DNA of 64,000 nucleotides from Schmidtea polychroa. Its lineage: Eukaryota. The translations under genes were made by a program, and so were the position numbers. The stretch spans positions 13,704,001 to 13,768,000 of the forward strand of contig CM097885.1 of the NCBI GenBank assembly GCA_044892525.1, given 5' to 3'. The notes under the pieces are model-generated. The model saw nothing but the letters and a program-made list of their open reading frames with translations, searched no databases and was not told the origin of the DNA. Positions 10,404 through 22,308 of this stretch are shown piece by piece (within the stretch, counting starts at the first letter, position 1; each line of letters begins with the position of its first letter).

Positions 10404-10765
10404 CGGGTGATGGTGGCGAACCGGTAATTATCGCCACCTGTCTTTCGAACACCCCGGATCGATTCTTTAATGTGCACATTTATTTCTCAGTTGATTTCGG
10501 ACCTCTTTCGAATTCGCTTTCGAATTCATTTGTACTTTCGAGCAGCACACTTAAAACGCCGATGAAATCGTATTCGAGCGAGAAGCGAATAATAAGGTGT
10601 GCTGCTATTATCGGATTGATTCTGATGTATGAGTCTGGCCAGCTTGTATATTGGAAGAGATTCGATAAACGAAAGAGGTTGAATAAAAAAAAAATGATCC
10701 GGATCAAAAAAACTGTTGAGAGGACAGTGAAAAAAAAAATACCACTGTCCTCTCAGAGCAGTTTT
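10404..10765 (+). ncRNA. Candidate structured RNA or ssDNA region (multiple stems, possible pseudoknot)
   Basis: Complementary pairs 10412-19/10431-38, 10501-10/10670-79, 10512-19/10583-90, 10541-50/10597-606 and 10717-29/10743-55. Confidence 0.45.
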
Positions 10766-11159
10766 ACTATTTTTCATTTATTTTTTAATTTATATAATTT
10801 AAAATCAATAATCTGATAAAGATCAAATAGCCCTCTAACTTTTTCATAATGCCATTTTCTTTTCTATTCTCTTTTTAGTTTGAAGCTTTTGAGTTTGAGG
10901 CTTTAAAGATTAAAACAGTTAGAGTCATTAAGGGTGGTTGTTTTCAAAATATAGGGTTAAAATACTATTAAAGTATAAGTTTTAGGTTGTTTTTCTAATA
11001 GCTTAAGTGATTTGGAGGCATGTTTTTGTTGGGGGGCTGTTTTGGTTGGGTATATAACCACACTACTTAATCCGAATTTCTGTGATTTTAGAAATTTAGT
11101 TCTTATATACTTTATAAAATGTCAATTGAAAAGAAATCAGAGGTGAAAATTGAAAAAGG

Positions 11160-11480
11160 TTCTTATAATTAATTAGTTAATTAAGGAAAACCCGAGTTGA
11201 GTAAACAGAAGGGAAAGTAAACGAAGTGAATTCTGGAAAACCATTAACATGACAACATAAGTAATGTGAAAACGGGAAAGAGGCTATCACAGGGGAGACG
11301 CGATAAAATGAAAAATGAAAAATGCCACGAGGCAAAGCTTGTCAAAAGAAGACGATTTAGTTGAAATACCATTAATCAAGGCGATTATTTAAACTATATA
11401 AGGAAGCTCAAATTTAGGAACAGTCGACATTTTGCCTCAGATAGGGAAGAAGAAATCGACAATAGAAGTTAAGAGAAAAA
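11160..11480 (+). repeat. Dispersed LTR-like repeat, related to 39060-39420 on the minus strand
   Basis: TATATAAGGAAGCTCAAATT..GCCTCAGATAGGGAAGAAGAAATCGACAATA matches the reverse complement of 39070-39150; GGAAAACCCGAG is also shared. Confidence 0.5.
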
Positions 11481-14212
11481 ATTAAAGATAGAAGATAAAA
11501 CTAGAGGGAAAACATTAAGTAAAGTCAAAAGAATTGATTAATGTTGCAGAACGTGCAAAGCCAGAGTGGTTATAGTGAGATTAGACTATTTTGAATAGTC
11601 AAAATAGGCATTTTATTGTGATGTTCTGAGTTTTGTAACTTGAAGTTTATACGAATTTGATTACAAATATACGTTTAGTGTTGTTTATCTAATTGTTGTT
11701 ACAGAACACATAGAGTCAGAAACACAGAGGTTAATACTTATAGTAGTATGTAGTAAGGACTCCAGCGCACTTTCAAGGTCATGGAATATCAAGATCAAAT
11801 ATAGGTCAATTGAATCATTTATTTATTTATTTATTTATTTTTTTTTTAAATTAACATTTTATTTAATTACTTCTTTTTAATTTTTTCTTTTTAATTTTAT
11901 TAATTAATTATTTTATGATGTTATATTTTAATTACTTACTTTATATAATTTTTAATTTATTACATTTAATTAATTTATTAGTTTATTAATATTTTATTTT
12001 AATTACTTACGCTTTATTATTATTTATTTTTATTTTTATTTATTTATTTTTTTTTATTTTATTATTTTTTTAATTAATTAATTTATTTTTTAATTTAAAT
12101 TTTATTTAATTACTTCTATTTATTTTTCTTTTTATTTTTCTTTTTTTTCTTTTTAATTTTATTAATTAATTATTTTATGATGTTATATTTTAATTACTTA
12201 CTTTAGTTAATTTTTAATTTATTACATTTAATTAATTTATTATATATTTTTTTATTATATATATTTTAGATTATAGTTTAAATTATTATTAACCTTAAAA
12301 TCAAATCAATATGTTTTACCAAAGGTTTTAAACAAACTCTCGATTTGAAAACTAAAACTTAAATTTTCTTTTGGAAATAAACACATTAAATAAATGCAAC
12401 GCTATAATTAGTAGGTTAATGCTTTTCAAATGAAATATTTATCTAAACTTGAAGACAAAAAATTACAGTGTTTTTCACTTAAATTAAAAATATTAAAAGA
12501 TATACTAATCAGGAAAGAAACAAAATTTATAGAAAGTAATTACATTATTCATTCAAGTAAAGGTAAACCACCTCATGCAATGAAACGAAACTGATTAACA
12601 CTGATATAAACTTCTCTTATTATGCTCTTTAATTTCTCCCTTTATATGTTGTTTCTCTTTTGTATTGAACCAGAATGGCAACTTGATTAAAATTTAAATT
12701 CTTTTTAAAAGGCTCTCTCTGCTAGTCTGTGAAATCAAACTCAAATAATAGCTCACGAGGACCCGAAAGTTTTTCAAATTATATTTTTTGGTTTTAGCTT
12801 GACAGGTTCACAATTGTTGAATGATGAGGGTAGGACCATCACCACATTCACCCTCAACAAATACTATATGAAGGGGCACAGGAAATATAGGGTCAATATA
12901 TGTGCCGAAGAAAGGCGATAGATCCGAGATGTGACCATGCGACCCAATTAATTCCAAAAACAATTCAATCAATCCAAGTCAATTCAAAACAATCTGAAAA
13001 CATGACAATTGACTATCCTTGAACTATTTGACAATTTATGCATATTTTTTATATTCTTTATCATCTATGTGAAAATGATTTATGTGTATTTTTATTTTGA
13101 CAATTAATCGTTTGACAATTACGTATGATCAGTTATATATATTTTTATGGTATCGGGTGTATATATTTAATAGCTTGAGTATTTTATTTTTGATTAATCT
13201 TTTAATCGGTATAAATAAATGATTTCAATATAATTTTTATCTATACAAGGGAAATATATTTTAAATAAATTAATAATAATATGAAAAACAAAATTTTAAT
13301 TAAAGGTAAAATTCCCTTTTCAAAAAGCAGAAATAAAATCATTAAAAAACAGCTGGAAAGATTTAGTCAGAATAATTCAAGTATTTTTGAATTAATTGAA
13401 AATAAAAATAAAATAACATCTGTAAGAAAAATAATATAATCTATTCTTAAAATCACATTCGAAAAAAATACATTCTTAATATTACAATTGAAATAATTTG
13501 AGTATAGTATAAATACCCCAAATATATTTAGTATATTTGCCAAAAATTAGCGTTATAGCGATTTCGAAGGTTAATTCGTAGAAATAATTAAAACCCGAGA
13601 TAGCACAAAATTGTCTCACAAAATTTTGAAGAAAGCAGTAATTTTTACATAAGCTCGCATTACATAGCATATTAACAAAATACATATTTGTAATCATTTT
13701 AAAGTAGCTCGAAAGCAATTGAATAAAAGAAATAATTGTTTAAATTAATAATACTATTTTATTTGGAAATTTGCACTATTTATTTTAGGTAATTTTTATT
13801 ATTAATAAATATTTATACTGAGACTTGGTTTTATTTATATAAGAACCAGCAAAGTTGAGTGTTTCAAATATTGGGACCTCAACACAATTTTATCTGTCAA
13901 ACTCGGGTATCACGTTCCTAATTAAATAATAAAATATCATTTAAAAATCAGATTTATTGACAAAAAATTATAAATAAAAATACAAGTTAAAGATCATATT
14001 GAAATAAAATTGTTTTAAGCTGCACAGTAGAATTGCTAGTAGAGTCTGTTACTTATGCGGCATTCAGTTTCCTGTTTTACTTTTGTTTGAACTTTCCCAT
14101 GTGAGGTTTTGTTAGTTTCCTCTGGCTCGTTGTGACAGTAGACATCGATTGTTTCTCCAAGAGTACATAAAGTTCAGATAACACATTTTCCCAGAGTTTT
14201 AATTAAATAAGT

Positions 14213-15334
14213 AGTAGTATGTAGTAAGGACTCCAGCGCACTTTCAAGGTCATGGAATATCAAGATCAAATATAGGTCAATTGAATCATTTATTTATTTA
14301 TTTTTTTTTTATTATTTTTTTTTTAAATTAACATTTTATTTAATTACTTCTTTTTAATTTTTTCTTTTTAATTTTATTAATTAATTATTTTATGATGTTA
14401 TATTTTAATTACTTACTTTATTTAATTTTTAATTTATTACATTTAATTAATTTATTAGTTTATTAATATTTTATTTTAATTACTTACGCTTTATTATTAT
14501 TTATTTTTATTTTTATTTATTTATTTTTTTTTATTTTATTATTTTTTTAATTAATTTATTTATTTTTTAATATAAATTTTATTTAATTACTTCTATTTAT
14601 TTTTCTTTTTATTTTTATTTTTTTTCTTTTTAATTTTATTAATTAATTATTTTATGATGTTATATTTTAATTACTTACTTTAGTTAATTTTTAATTTATT
14701 ACATTTAATTAATTTATTAGTTTATTAATATTTTATTTTAATTACTTACGCTATTTAATTATTATTATTATTTTATTTATTTATTTATTTTTTTTTATTT
14801 ATTATTTTTTATTTATTTATTTATTTATTTATTAATTAATTTATTTTTATTTATTTATTTTTATTTTTTTTTAATTAAAATTTTATTTAATTACTTCAAT
14901 TTATTTATTTATTTTTTTTTTATTTTTTAATTTTCTTAATTAATTATTTTATTATGTTTTTATTTTAGTTACTTACTTTAGTTAATTTTTAATTTATTAC
15001 ATTTAATTAATTTATTAGTTTATTAATATTTTATTTTAATTACTTACGCTTTATTATTATTTATTTTTATTTTTATTTATTTATTTTTTTTTATTTTATT
15101 ATTTTTTTAATTAATTTATTTATTTTTTAATTTAAATTTTATTTAATTACTTCTATTTATTTTTATTTTTATTTTTATTTTTTTTCTTTTTAATTTTATT
15201 AATTAATTATTTTATGATGTTATATTTTAATTACTTACTTTAGTTAATTTTTAATTTATTACATTTAATTAATTAATTAGTTTATTAATATTTTATTTTA
15301 ATTACTAATGTTATTTAATTATTATTATTATTAT

Positions 15335-15370
<36 letters not shown>

Positions 15371-15375
15371 TTTTT
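14213..15375 (+). repeat. E3 terminal repeat (inverted copy): ~75-bp unique end plus AT-rich tandem array
   Basis: Same sequence as 11742-12240 and the reverse complement of 26615-27515; the number of TTAATTACTTAC-containing units differs between copies. Confidence 0.85.
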
Positions 15376-15691
15376 TAAATTTTACATTTACATTATATTC
15401 TAACAAGAGCGTAAATTATAACAGTAATATTTCAATTTGAATAAAATTTTAATGAGAAATTATTTAATTTATTATAAAATAAAACGCTGAGTTAATTTTA
15501 GATAAACCGGATATTAATTTTTCGGAAAAAATAAATAAATAAATAAAATAAACACGAAAATAATATTTCTTACTTGAAACTAATTATCTAAATTAATTGG
15601 ACAAATAAATAATTAAATGATAAAACACATTTTAATTAACTAAGTCAAATAATTCACAATATATATTTTATTATTCACATAAATTTAATTG

Positions 15692-18600
15692 TTAAAGTGC
15701 TTGTTTCGATTTGCATTCATTTATAGACGGAGCAGTTGCAATATGCATTTGGCGAATATTATAGTGACCGTAGGCATAGCTTTCATTAGAATTGAACCAA
15801 TATCTTTTATCATCCAAACATTGGAGAGCTCGTTTTTCTGTAATGAAAGTATACAACTGATGATTAACACTTCCTATTCTCTTTTGTTGGATGCTCACTG
15901 TTCCACCATCAGTATACACTTTTTTATAAGCTTCATGGGTGATATTAGAATTTGTAAGACTTATTCCTTTGGCTTTTAGAGTGTTTTATCGCCTTGGAGT
16001 GAGTAGCATTTGGGTCGAAGAAACACCCATTCTTTATATAATAACCCTTTATTCTCATCCTTAACTTTCCCGATTACCGAACAAATTTTATCAGAGAACA
16101 ATGGATCAGTCACTGGATAATTTGAAGTATCTAGGAGCCCATCTTCAATCATTTTTGGATATAGTTGTAAGCGTAAATCAACATTTTTACACTCTAAAAA
16201 GAAGGAATCTGTGTCACCGGCTACGATATTAATTTGACAATTGAATTCTTCTCTATAACTCTGTAGTTCTTTATATTGAAACTGGTACATGCGAAGTTTA
16301 GATAAATCAAGTACGGTTTGTCCAATATACATTGGTCTATCTAAACACACCATTTCCTTATCAAGTATAACAGCAATGAGATCATCCGCAATCTTGATGC
16401 TACGACGAAACATAGGATTACTACAATAAGTTATCAATCTTTTGCTTTTGCTGCATAATCTCAAATTTATACGTTTCTTCAAGTTTTCCACAGTTTTACC
16501 GTATAAACTGTTGTTCTTTAACTTATAATAATCTCGCTGAAACGAATCCGTACTAGCTGCTCTCATTTTGGTATTGTAATCAATATATCCTTTGAAAATA
16601 GCCACTTGCTTGAATTCTACAGCACGATTAACTTTTGTGACCTTTGCGCCGTAACTCATCCACTCTGTCAAAATTCTACCATTAACTACATAGTTTTTCT
16701 TAGGCTCATGAGTTAACAACAGCTTTTCAACTTTACTACCAGGTGGATAACAAAGCTCAGGAGCTATAGGTAAATCATCTAGCTTATCTTGTATACTATC
16801 AGGAATGACGATGTCAACCTCTAGAACATATCCACGATATCCATCAAACTCATCCCCATTTGCACATCTTTCAACAATACCATTCATTTCAGTCTGATCA
16901 TTTATCCATCTAAATTCACCAATAGGAAGTTTTTGCGACAGTGCCCATCCATATAAATTATTAACATCTAGGTATGACATTTGTGTTGATTCATCAGCTT
17001 CAACATGATGTTTGTTGATAAATGTCATTCCACCACGAATACCAGCTTCAAATAAACGGTAAAGCTCTGGATCTTGAATAAGTTCTACCGGTTCAGGTAA
17101 CTGTTTAATAGCTGATGCCCAACTTAATCCGGGTATGGAAACAAACGATAAAGCCTCAAGTCCATCTTCGTCAAATGTTTTTTCTCTGAAAGCTTCAAAA
17201 ACATCGGCCAACAGAAAAACATCCAGCTTGAGATATACTAGCATGTAATCTAGCAGTGTCTCACAGTTGTATTGTTGCCAAATTCGATTTGCATGTATAT
17301 AATCTTCTTCACTAACTCCCTCCCAAATCAGTGGTAATTCTGTTATTGACTGTAAAGCATCCATTGATGTAGCCATATCATAAGGAAAAATGGTTTTACA
17401 AGTCATCATCTGCGATTCGAAAACATCTGAGGTCAGTGGAAGACATGGTAAATTTTTTGATAAATTTGCCAAGCTGCTATTTAAAAATTGTAAAGAATCA
17501 ATGAATCTAATTCTTCTGCCTTTCGATGTCGCTGTAAATGTGAGAAACTTTTCTGTTGATTGAGGAATAACATTTAAATTCCAATCAGGGAATTTTCCAA
17601 TTGCATATTTTAATATATGATGAATGTCATATCCACGAAGATTATGAAATACAACAGGTAAAGACGGATTGATTCTTCTAGCCAAGTTGCAATCTTGACA
17701 TGGTGCTCCGAGATATTGACCAGTAAAATGATCATGATCTCGAACAGGTATATTGATAATCTTTTTACAAAGGTAGCAATGAGTTTGATTCGTAAATTCT
17801 TCCTGCTGTTCCCAAGTGAGTTCCATCATTTCCTTTGATCCATTAATTTTATACCACGGATAAACTATGTCTGTAGCTATATCATCCAATGCTTGTATAA
17901 ACTTAATGATACAGTTTTTCCCAACAAATGTTTCATTTCGGATCGGACAACCTTGATGAAGAAGCACAAATTCAGATGCAATCGGCTCATGTTTTTGGAA
18001 GTGCTTGTCATCTAGAGGTAATATCGATTCAAAGTCCGCGTAGACAACAAACTGCTGTTTTATAGTTTTACTCCAGTCTTTAAATTCGATATATTTATTC
18101 TCTGGCATTGAGTATAGAGTCGTCCGCTCCACATTCTTCCTACAAAGACCTATATGTCTTTCAAAAGCAGGACGTTTTTGAAACCCATGAAGACATGTAT
18201 GACACCAATGTGATTGGATTCTGACTCCTTCTACTCTATCTCTGTAATTGAGCAGTCGATCGAGATTAGTTACAGCCAAAAAATGATAATTTAATTCTAA
18301 AATTTAGTTAATATTTTTAATGATTAAAGGAAATATTACCTTCTTCAATCAATAAGAGATATATCTGAGATCCCGTCGAAGTACTTCTATATACCAAGTC
18401 AACGAACGGATTCTTGAAAATATCATTAGTTTTTTGTTTAATTGGATCTTTATTATATTTGAGAACATTGATCGCTAGATTTGGATTCATTGCTTCAAAT
18501 TGGCAAATGTTAACCAACTTCATCGGAAACCATTCAAATTTCCATTTTAAGTCTTAAAAACAAAATTCAATGATATATGACATTATATATATATATATAT

Positions 18601-19679
18601 ATATATTACCACTTAAGTTATATTTTGTTGTTCTTTCTCTATCCCGACGTATGTCATCATAACGTAATACGGCCAGTATGCTATATAAAAAGCAGAATTG
18701 ATCATTATTTTGAACATTAACTAAAGCCTGGCAGTTTTTCAGGTAATTTGGCGTTTTAATGTAACTTGAACCTAAGTAAATATCTTGATTTATATATAAT
18801 AATGTAAATAAACTTACCAGATACATGTATTATGTCTGATAATTTAGTTAAAATCATAGTAACTTCTAATATTTTATGAATTCTCCACCCACTACTTTGT
18901 TGAGTGTATTTCTCCAACTTTTCTTTTAATTTTTCAATTCCATCATTAATAAATGAAGATGACATTGTAATTGCTTTATTCGACAAACACCATTTTTTAA
19001 TTTCACCATCCTCTTTGATAAACTCTGCACAAAGTCCAAATTGGATTTTTACTGTACCCATTCGTTGAATATGATCTTCTATTTCTTTGATGAGACAATC
19101 TGGAACAACAATGTCAGGAGAATTAATTGCAGATACATCGCTTGTCAATTCAACACGAGAACCATTTAAGTCAGACTCCCGACGTGGACACAATTGTATG
19201 TTAGAATCTCCATTTCCGTAAAATATTGACTTTCGTTTTGTGGTGCCAGAGTTTTGTCTAACTATATTTATAATTAATATTAAACAACTTAAATAACATA
19301 ACTTGTAACATATTCTTTAATCTGCTTAGGATCGTATGATGTATTCATTTTCGATTGTACTATAAAAATTAATAATTGTTAATAGTAGAAAGAGTATTAC
19401 TTTTAGTGATCATCCTGCTCTTCGTTTCTTCGAATCTTCTAAGATGGTGTCCGTGTTGTCGTACAAACATTAACCACCTACCTGGTGATATAATGAGACA
19501 TTCCGGACATATGTAACCCGATAAGGTAGAGTCATTTATCTTGAAATATGATGATGTAACTGATTTACAGTTCTCCACATCTTCATGACTTTCGGCAATA
19601 CAAAATTTATATAAACTGCATCCGTTCACTAAAAGAAAATAATCATTAATATTAGATAGAGAATAAAAAATTATTCACT
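15692..19679 (-). CDS. polB: Intron-containing pPolB, mirror copy (introns 19629-19678, 19360-19400, 19262-19302, 18772-18817, 18553-18609, 18297-18339; frameshift near 15985)
   Basis: Reverse complement of the 22309-26298 gene model. Confidence 0.85.
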
Positions 19680-19949
19680 TATATAAGTTAAATTAAAAGT
19701 TTAAATGACAAACATTTGAAAAGTTACTGCTTATATATTACACATGATTACATTCTGACCAACCAAAATCAAGGAAGGGGTAGGAAAAATAAATATATTC
19801 TGACCAATCAAAATCATGGAAGGGGTAGGAAAAATAAATGCATTACGTTGCAGTATTTTAAAATTTAAATTTTAAAACACATTTTAATGCTAAAGTTGAC
19901 TTATTCAACATTTTCATAATAATTTAATAAAAAAATAATGCGATGAACC

Positions 19950-20600
19950 CACAAAGTAATATCATTTTTCATCAAATTGCAAAACAGTAATAACGTTTTC
20001 ATAAAATTGTAACAAAGTAATAACATATTTCAGATAAATTTTCAACAGTTGTAAAATATTTAAGCAAATTGTAACAAGATTAGAAAATATTACAACAAAG
20101 TAGTAACATATTTCAGAAAATTTCAACAAAGTTGTAAAATATTTATCAAATTGTAACTAAAATAATAAAAATATTGCAACAAAGTAATAAAATAATGATG
20201 TTAATTGGGACAAATCAATACATTATTTCGAAGACGGACAACAAATTAAAAAGAATATTGTAATAAATTGTGAAGTCTTTCAGTAAATTACAACAAAGTA
20301 ATAACATATTTCGGAAATATTTCAACAAAGTTGTAAAATATTTATCAAATTGTAACTAAAATAATAAAAATATTGCAACAAAGTAATAAAATAATGATGT
20401 TAATTGGAACAAATCAATGCATTATTTCGAAGACGGACAACAAATTAAAAAGAATATTGTAATAAATTGTGAAGTCTTTCAGTAAATTACAACAAAGTAA
20501 TAACATATTTCGGAAATATTTTACCAGATGTAAAATATTTAAGCAAATTGTTATAAGATTATAAAAATATTGCAACAAAGTAATAAAATAATACAACATT
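19950..20600 (-). repeat. Degenerate tandem array (~199-bp period), left arm
   Basis: Repeated CAACAAAGTAATAA submotifs; mirror of 21390-22040. Confidence 0.8.
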
Positions 20601-21389
20601 TTAAACTCTAGATCAATCCATTTTATAGAAAATTAAATTTTATCTCTATAATATATGAATAAATATACAAGGAAATTACGTTAACTGTATGAAAAATACA
20701 AATTTATCGTAAAAACATGTGTGTATTACACACAAAGCGACAAACTAAAGTTTTAATTGAGCCATTTTGTAGAGAATTAAATTCTGCCTATACATTGTTA
20801 CACTTAAATCCCAATCGAACAAAGAGAAAAGAGAGAAAAAGAGAGAGAAAAAACAGTAGAGTAGGGTATTGTGTGGACCCGAGAACAAAGACATATGACG
20901 TCATCGATGACGTCACAAAGACATATGAGGAGGGGGTATTTTTTTAAAATTTTTTTTTAAATTTTTTTTAAAAATTTTTTTTTAAAATTTTTTTATATTA
21001 CGTTGCGGTATTTTAAAATTTATATTACGTTGCGGTATTTTAAAATTTAATTATATTTTATTCACATCATTCGAAAGGTCTTGAAGAGATCTATGCAAAG
21101 CTTTCACCCGGGTCCACACAATACCCTACTCTACTGTTTTTTCTCTCTTTTTCTCTCTTTTTTCATTGTTCAATTGGGATTTAAGTGTAACAATGTATAG
21201 GCAGAATTTAATTCTCTACAAAATGGCTCAATTAAAACTTTAGTTTGTCGCTTTGTGTGTAATACACACATGTTTTTACGATAAATTTGTATTTTTCATA
21301 CAGTTAACGTAATTTCCTTGTATATTTATTCATATATTATAGAGATAAAATTTAATTTTCTATAAAATGGATTGATCTAGAGTTTAAAA

Positions 21390-22040
21390 TGTTGTATTAT
21401 TTTATTACTTTGTTGCAATATTTTTATAATCTTATAACAATTTGCTTAAATATTTTACATCTGGTAAAATATTTCCGAAATATGTTATTACTTTGTTGTA
21501 ATTTACTGAAAGACTTCACAATTTATTACAATATTCTTTTTAATTTGTTGTCCGTCTTCGAAATAATGCATTGATTTGTTCCAATTAACATCATTATTTT
21601 ATTACTTTGTTGCAATATTTTTATTATTTTAGTTACAATTTGATAAATATTTTACAACTTTGTTGAAATATTTCCGAAATATGTTATTACTTTGTTGTAA
21701 TTTACTGAAAGACTTCACAATTTATTACAATATTCTTTTTAATTTGTTGTCCGTCTTCGAAATAATGTATTGATTTGTCCCAATTAACATCATTATTTTA
21801 TTACTTTGTTGCAATATTTTTATTATTTTAGTTACAATTTGATAAATATTTTACAACTTTGTTGAAATTTTCTGAAATATGTTACTACTTTGTTGTAATA
21901 TTTTCTAATCTTGTTACAATTTGCTTAAATATTTTACAACTGTTGAAAATTTATCTGAAATATGTTATTACTTTGTTACAATTTTATGAAAACGTTATTA
22001 CTGTTTTGCAATTTGATGAAAAATGATATTACTTTGTGGG
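21390..22040 (+). repeat. Degenerate tandem array (~199-bp period), right arm
   Basis: (A/T)TTT(C)CGAAATATGTTA-type motif recurs at ~21471, 21670 and 21869; shorter TTATTACTTTGTTG subrepeats. Confidence 0.8.
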
Positions 22041-22149
22041 TTCATCGCATTATTTTTTTATTAAATTATTATGAAAATGTTGAATAAGTCAACTTTAGCA
22101 TTAAAATGTGTTTTAAAATTTAAATTTTAAAATACTGCAACGTAATGCA

Positions 22150-22260
22150 TTTATTTTTCCTACCCCTTCCATGATTTTGATTGGTCAGAATATATTTATT
22201 TTTCCTACCCCTTCCTTGATTTTGGTTGGTCAGAATGTAATCATGTGTAATATATAAGCA
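22150..22260 (+). promoter_or_regulatory. Putative Pol II promoter of E3 pPolB
   Basis: Duplicated TTTTCCTACCCCTTCC.TGATTTTG(A/G)TTGGTCAGAAT unit (inverted CCAAT-like) followed by TATATAAG at 22251, about 58 bp before the predicted start. Confidence 0.5.
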
Positions 22261-22308
22261 GTAACTTTTCAAATGTTTGTCATTTAAACTTTTAATTTAA
22301 CTTATATA

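Larger units (their letters stand above)
1..11067. mobile_element. Polinton/Maverick (adintovirus-like) endogenous element E1, left part outside window
   Basis: Cluster of pPolB, penton, adenain, ATPase, integrase and major capsid ORFs. Right boundary inferred from ...TATATAACCACACTACT at 11067, the reverse complement of a Polinton AGTAGT terminus; the partner end is not visible. Confidence 0.88.
12259..20881 (-). repeat. Left arm of giant inverted duplication
   Basis: Reverse complement of 21109-29469; mirrored identical ORFs (767, 145, 86, 78 aa). Confidence 0.97.

Noticed and set aside
10472..10816. Short overlapping ORFs (114, 75, 83 aa)
   Set aside because: No motifs, run through homopolymer tracts and hairpins; better explained as non-coding structure
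12790..12925. Possible host terminal exon (LTGSQLLNDEGRT...EERR*) in the duplicated flank
   Set aside because: Short, no recognisable homology, upstream exons not definable
18317..19629. Separate small genes (68, 90, 145, 86 aa) and their mirrors at 22359-23673
   Set aside because: They are exons of the spliced pPolB model
19950..22040. Repeat arrays as a CRISPR array
   Set aside because: Units are degenerate tandem copies without unique spacers; no cas genes; eukaryotic context
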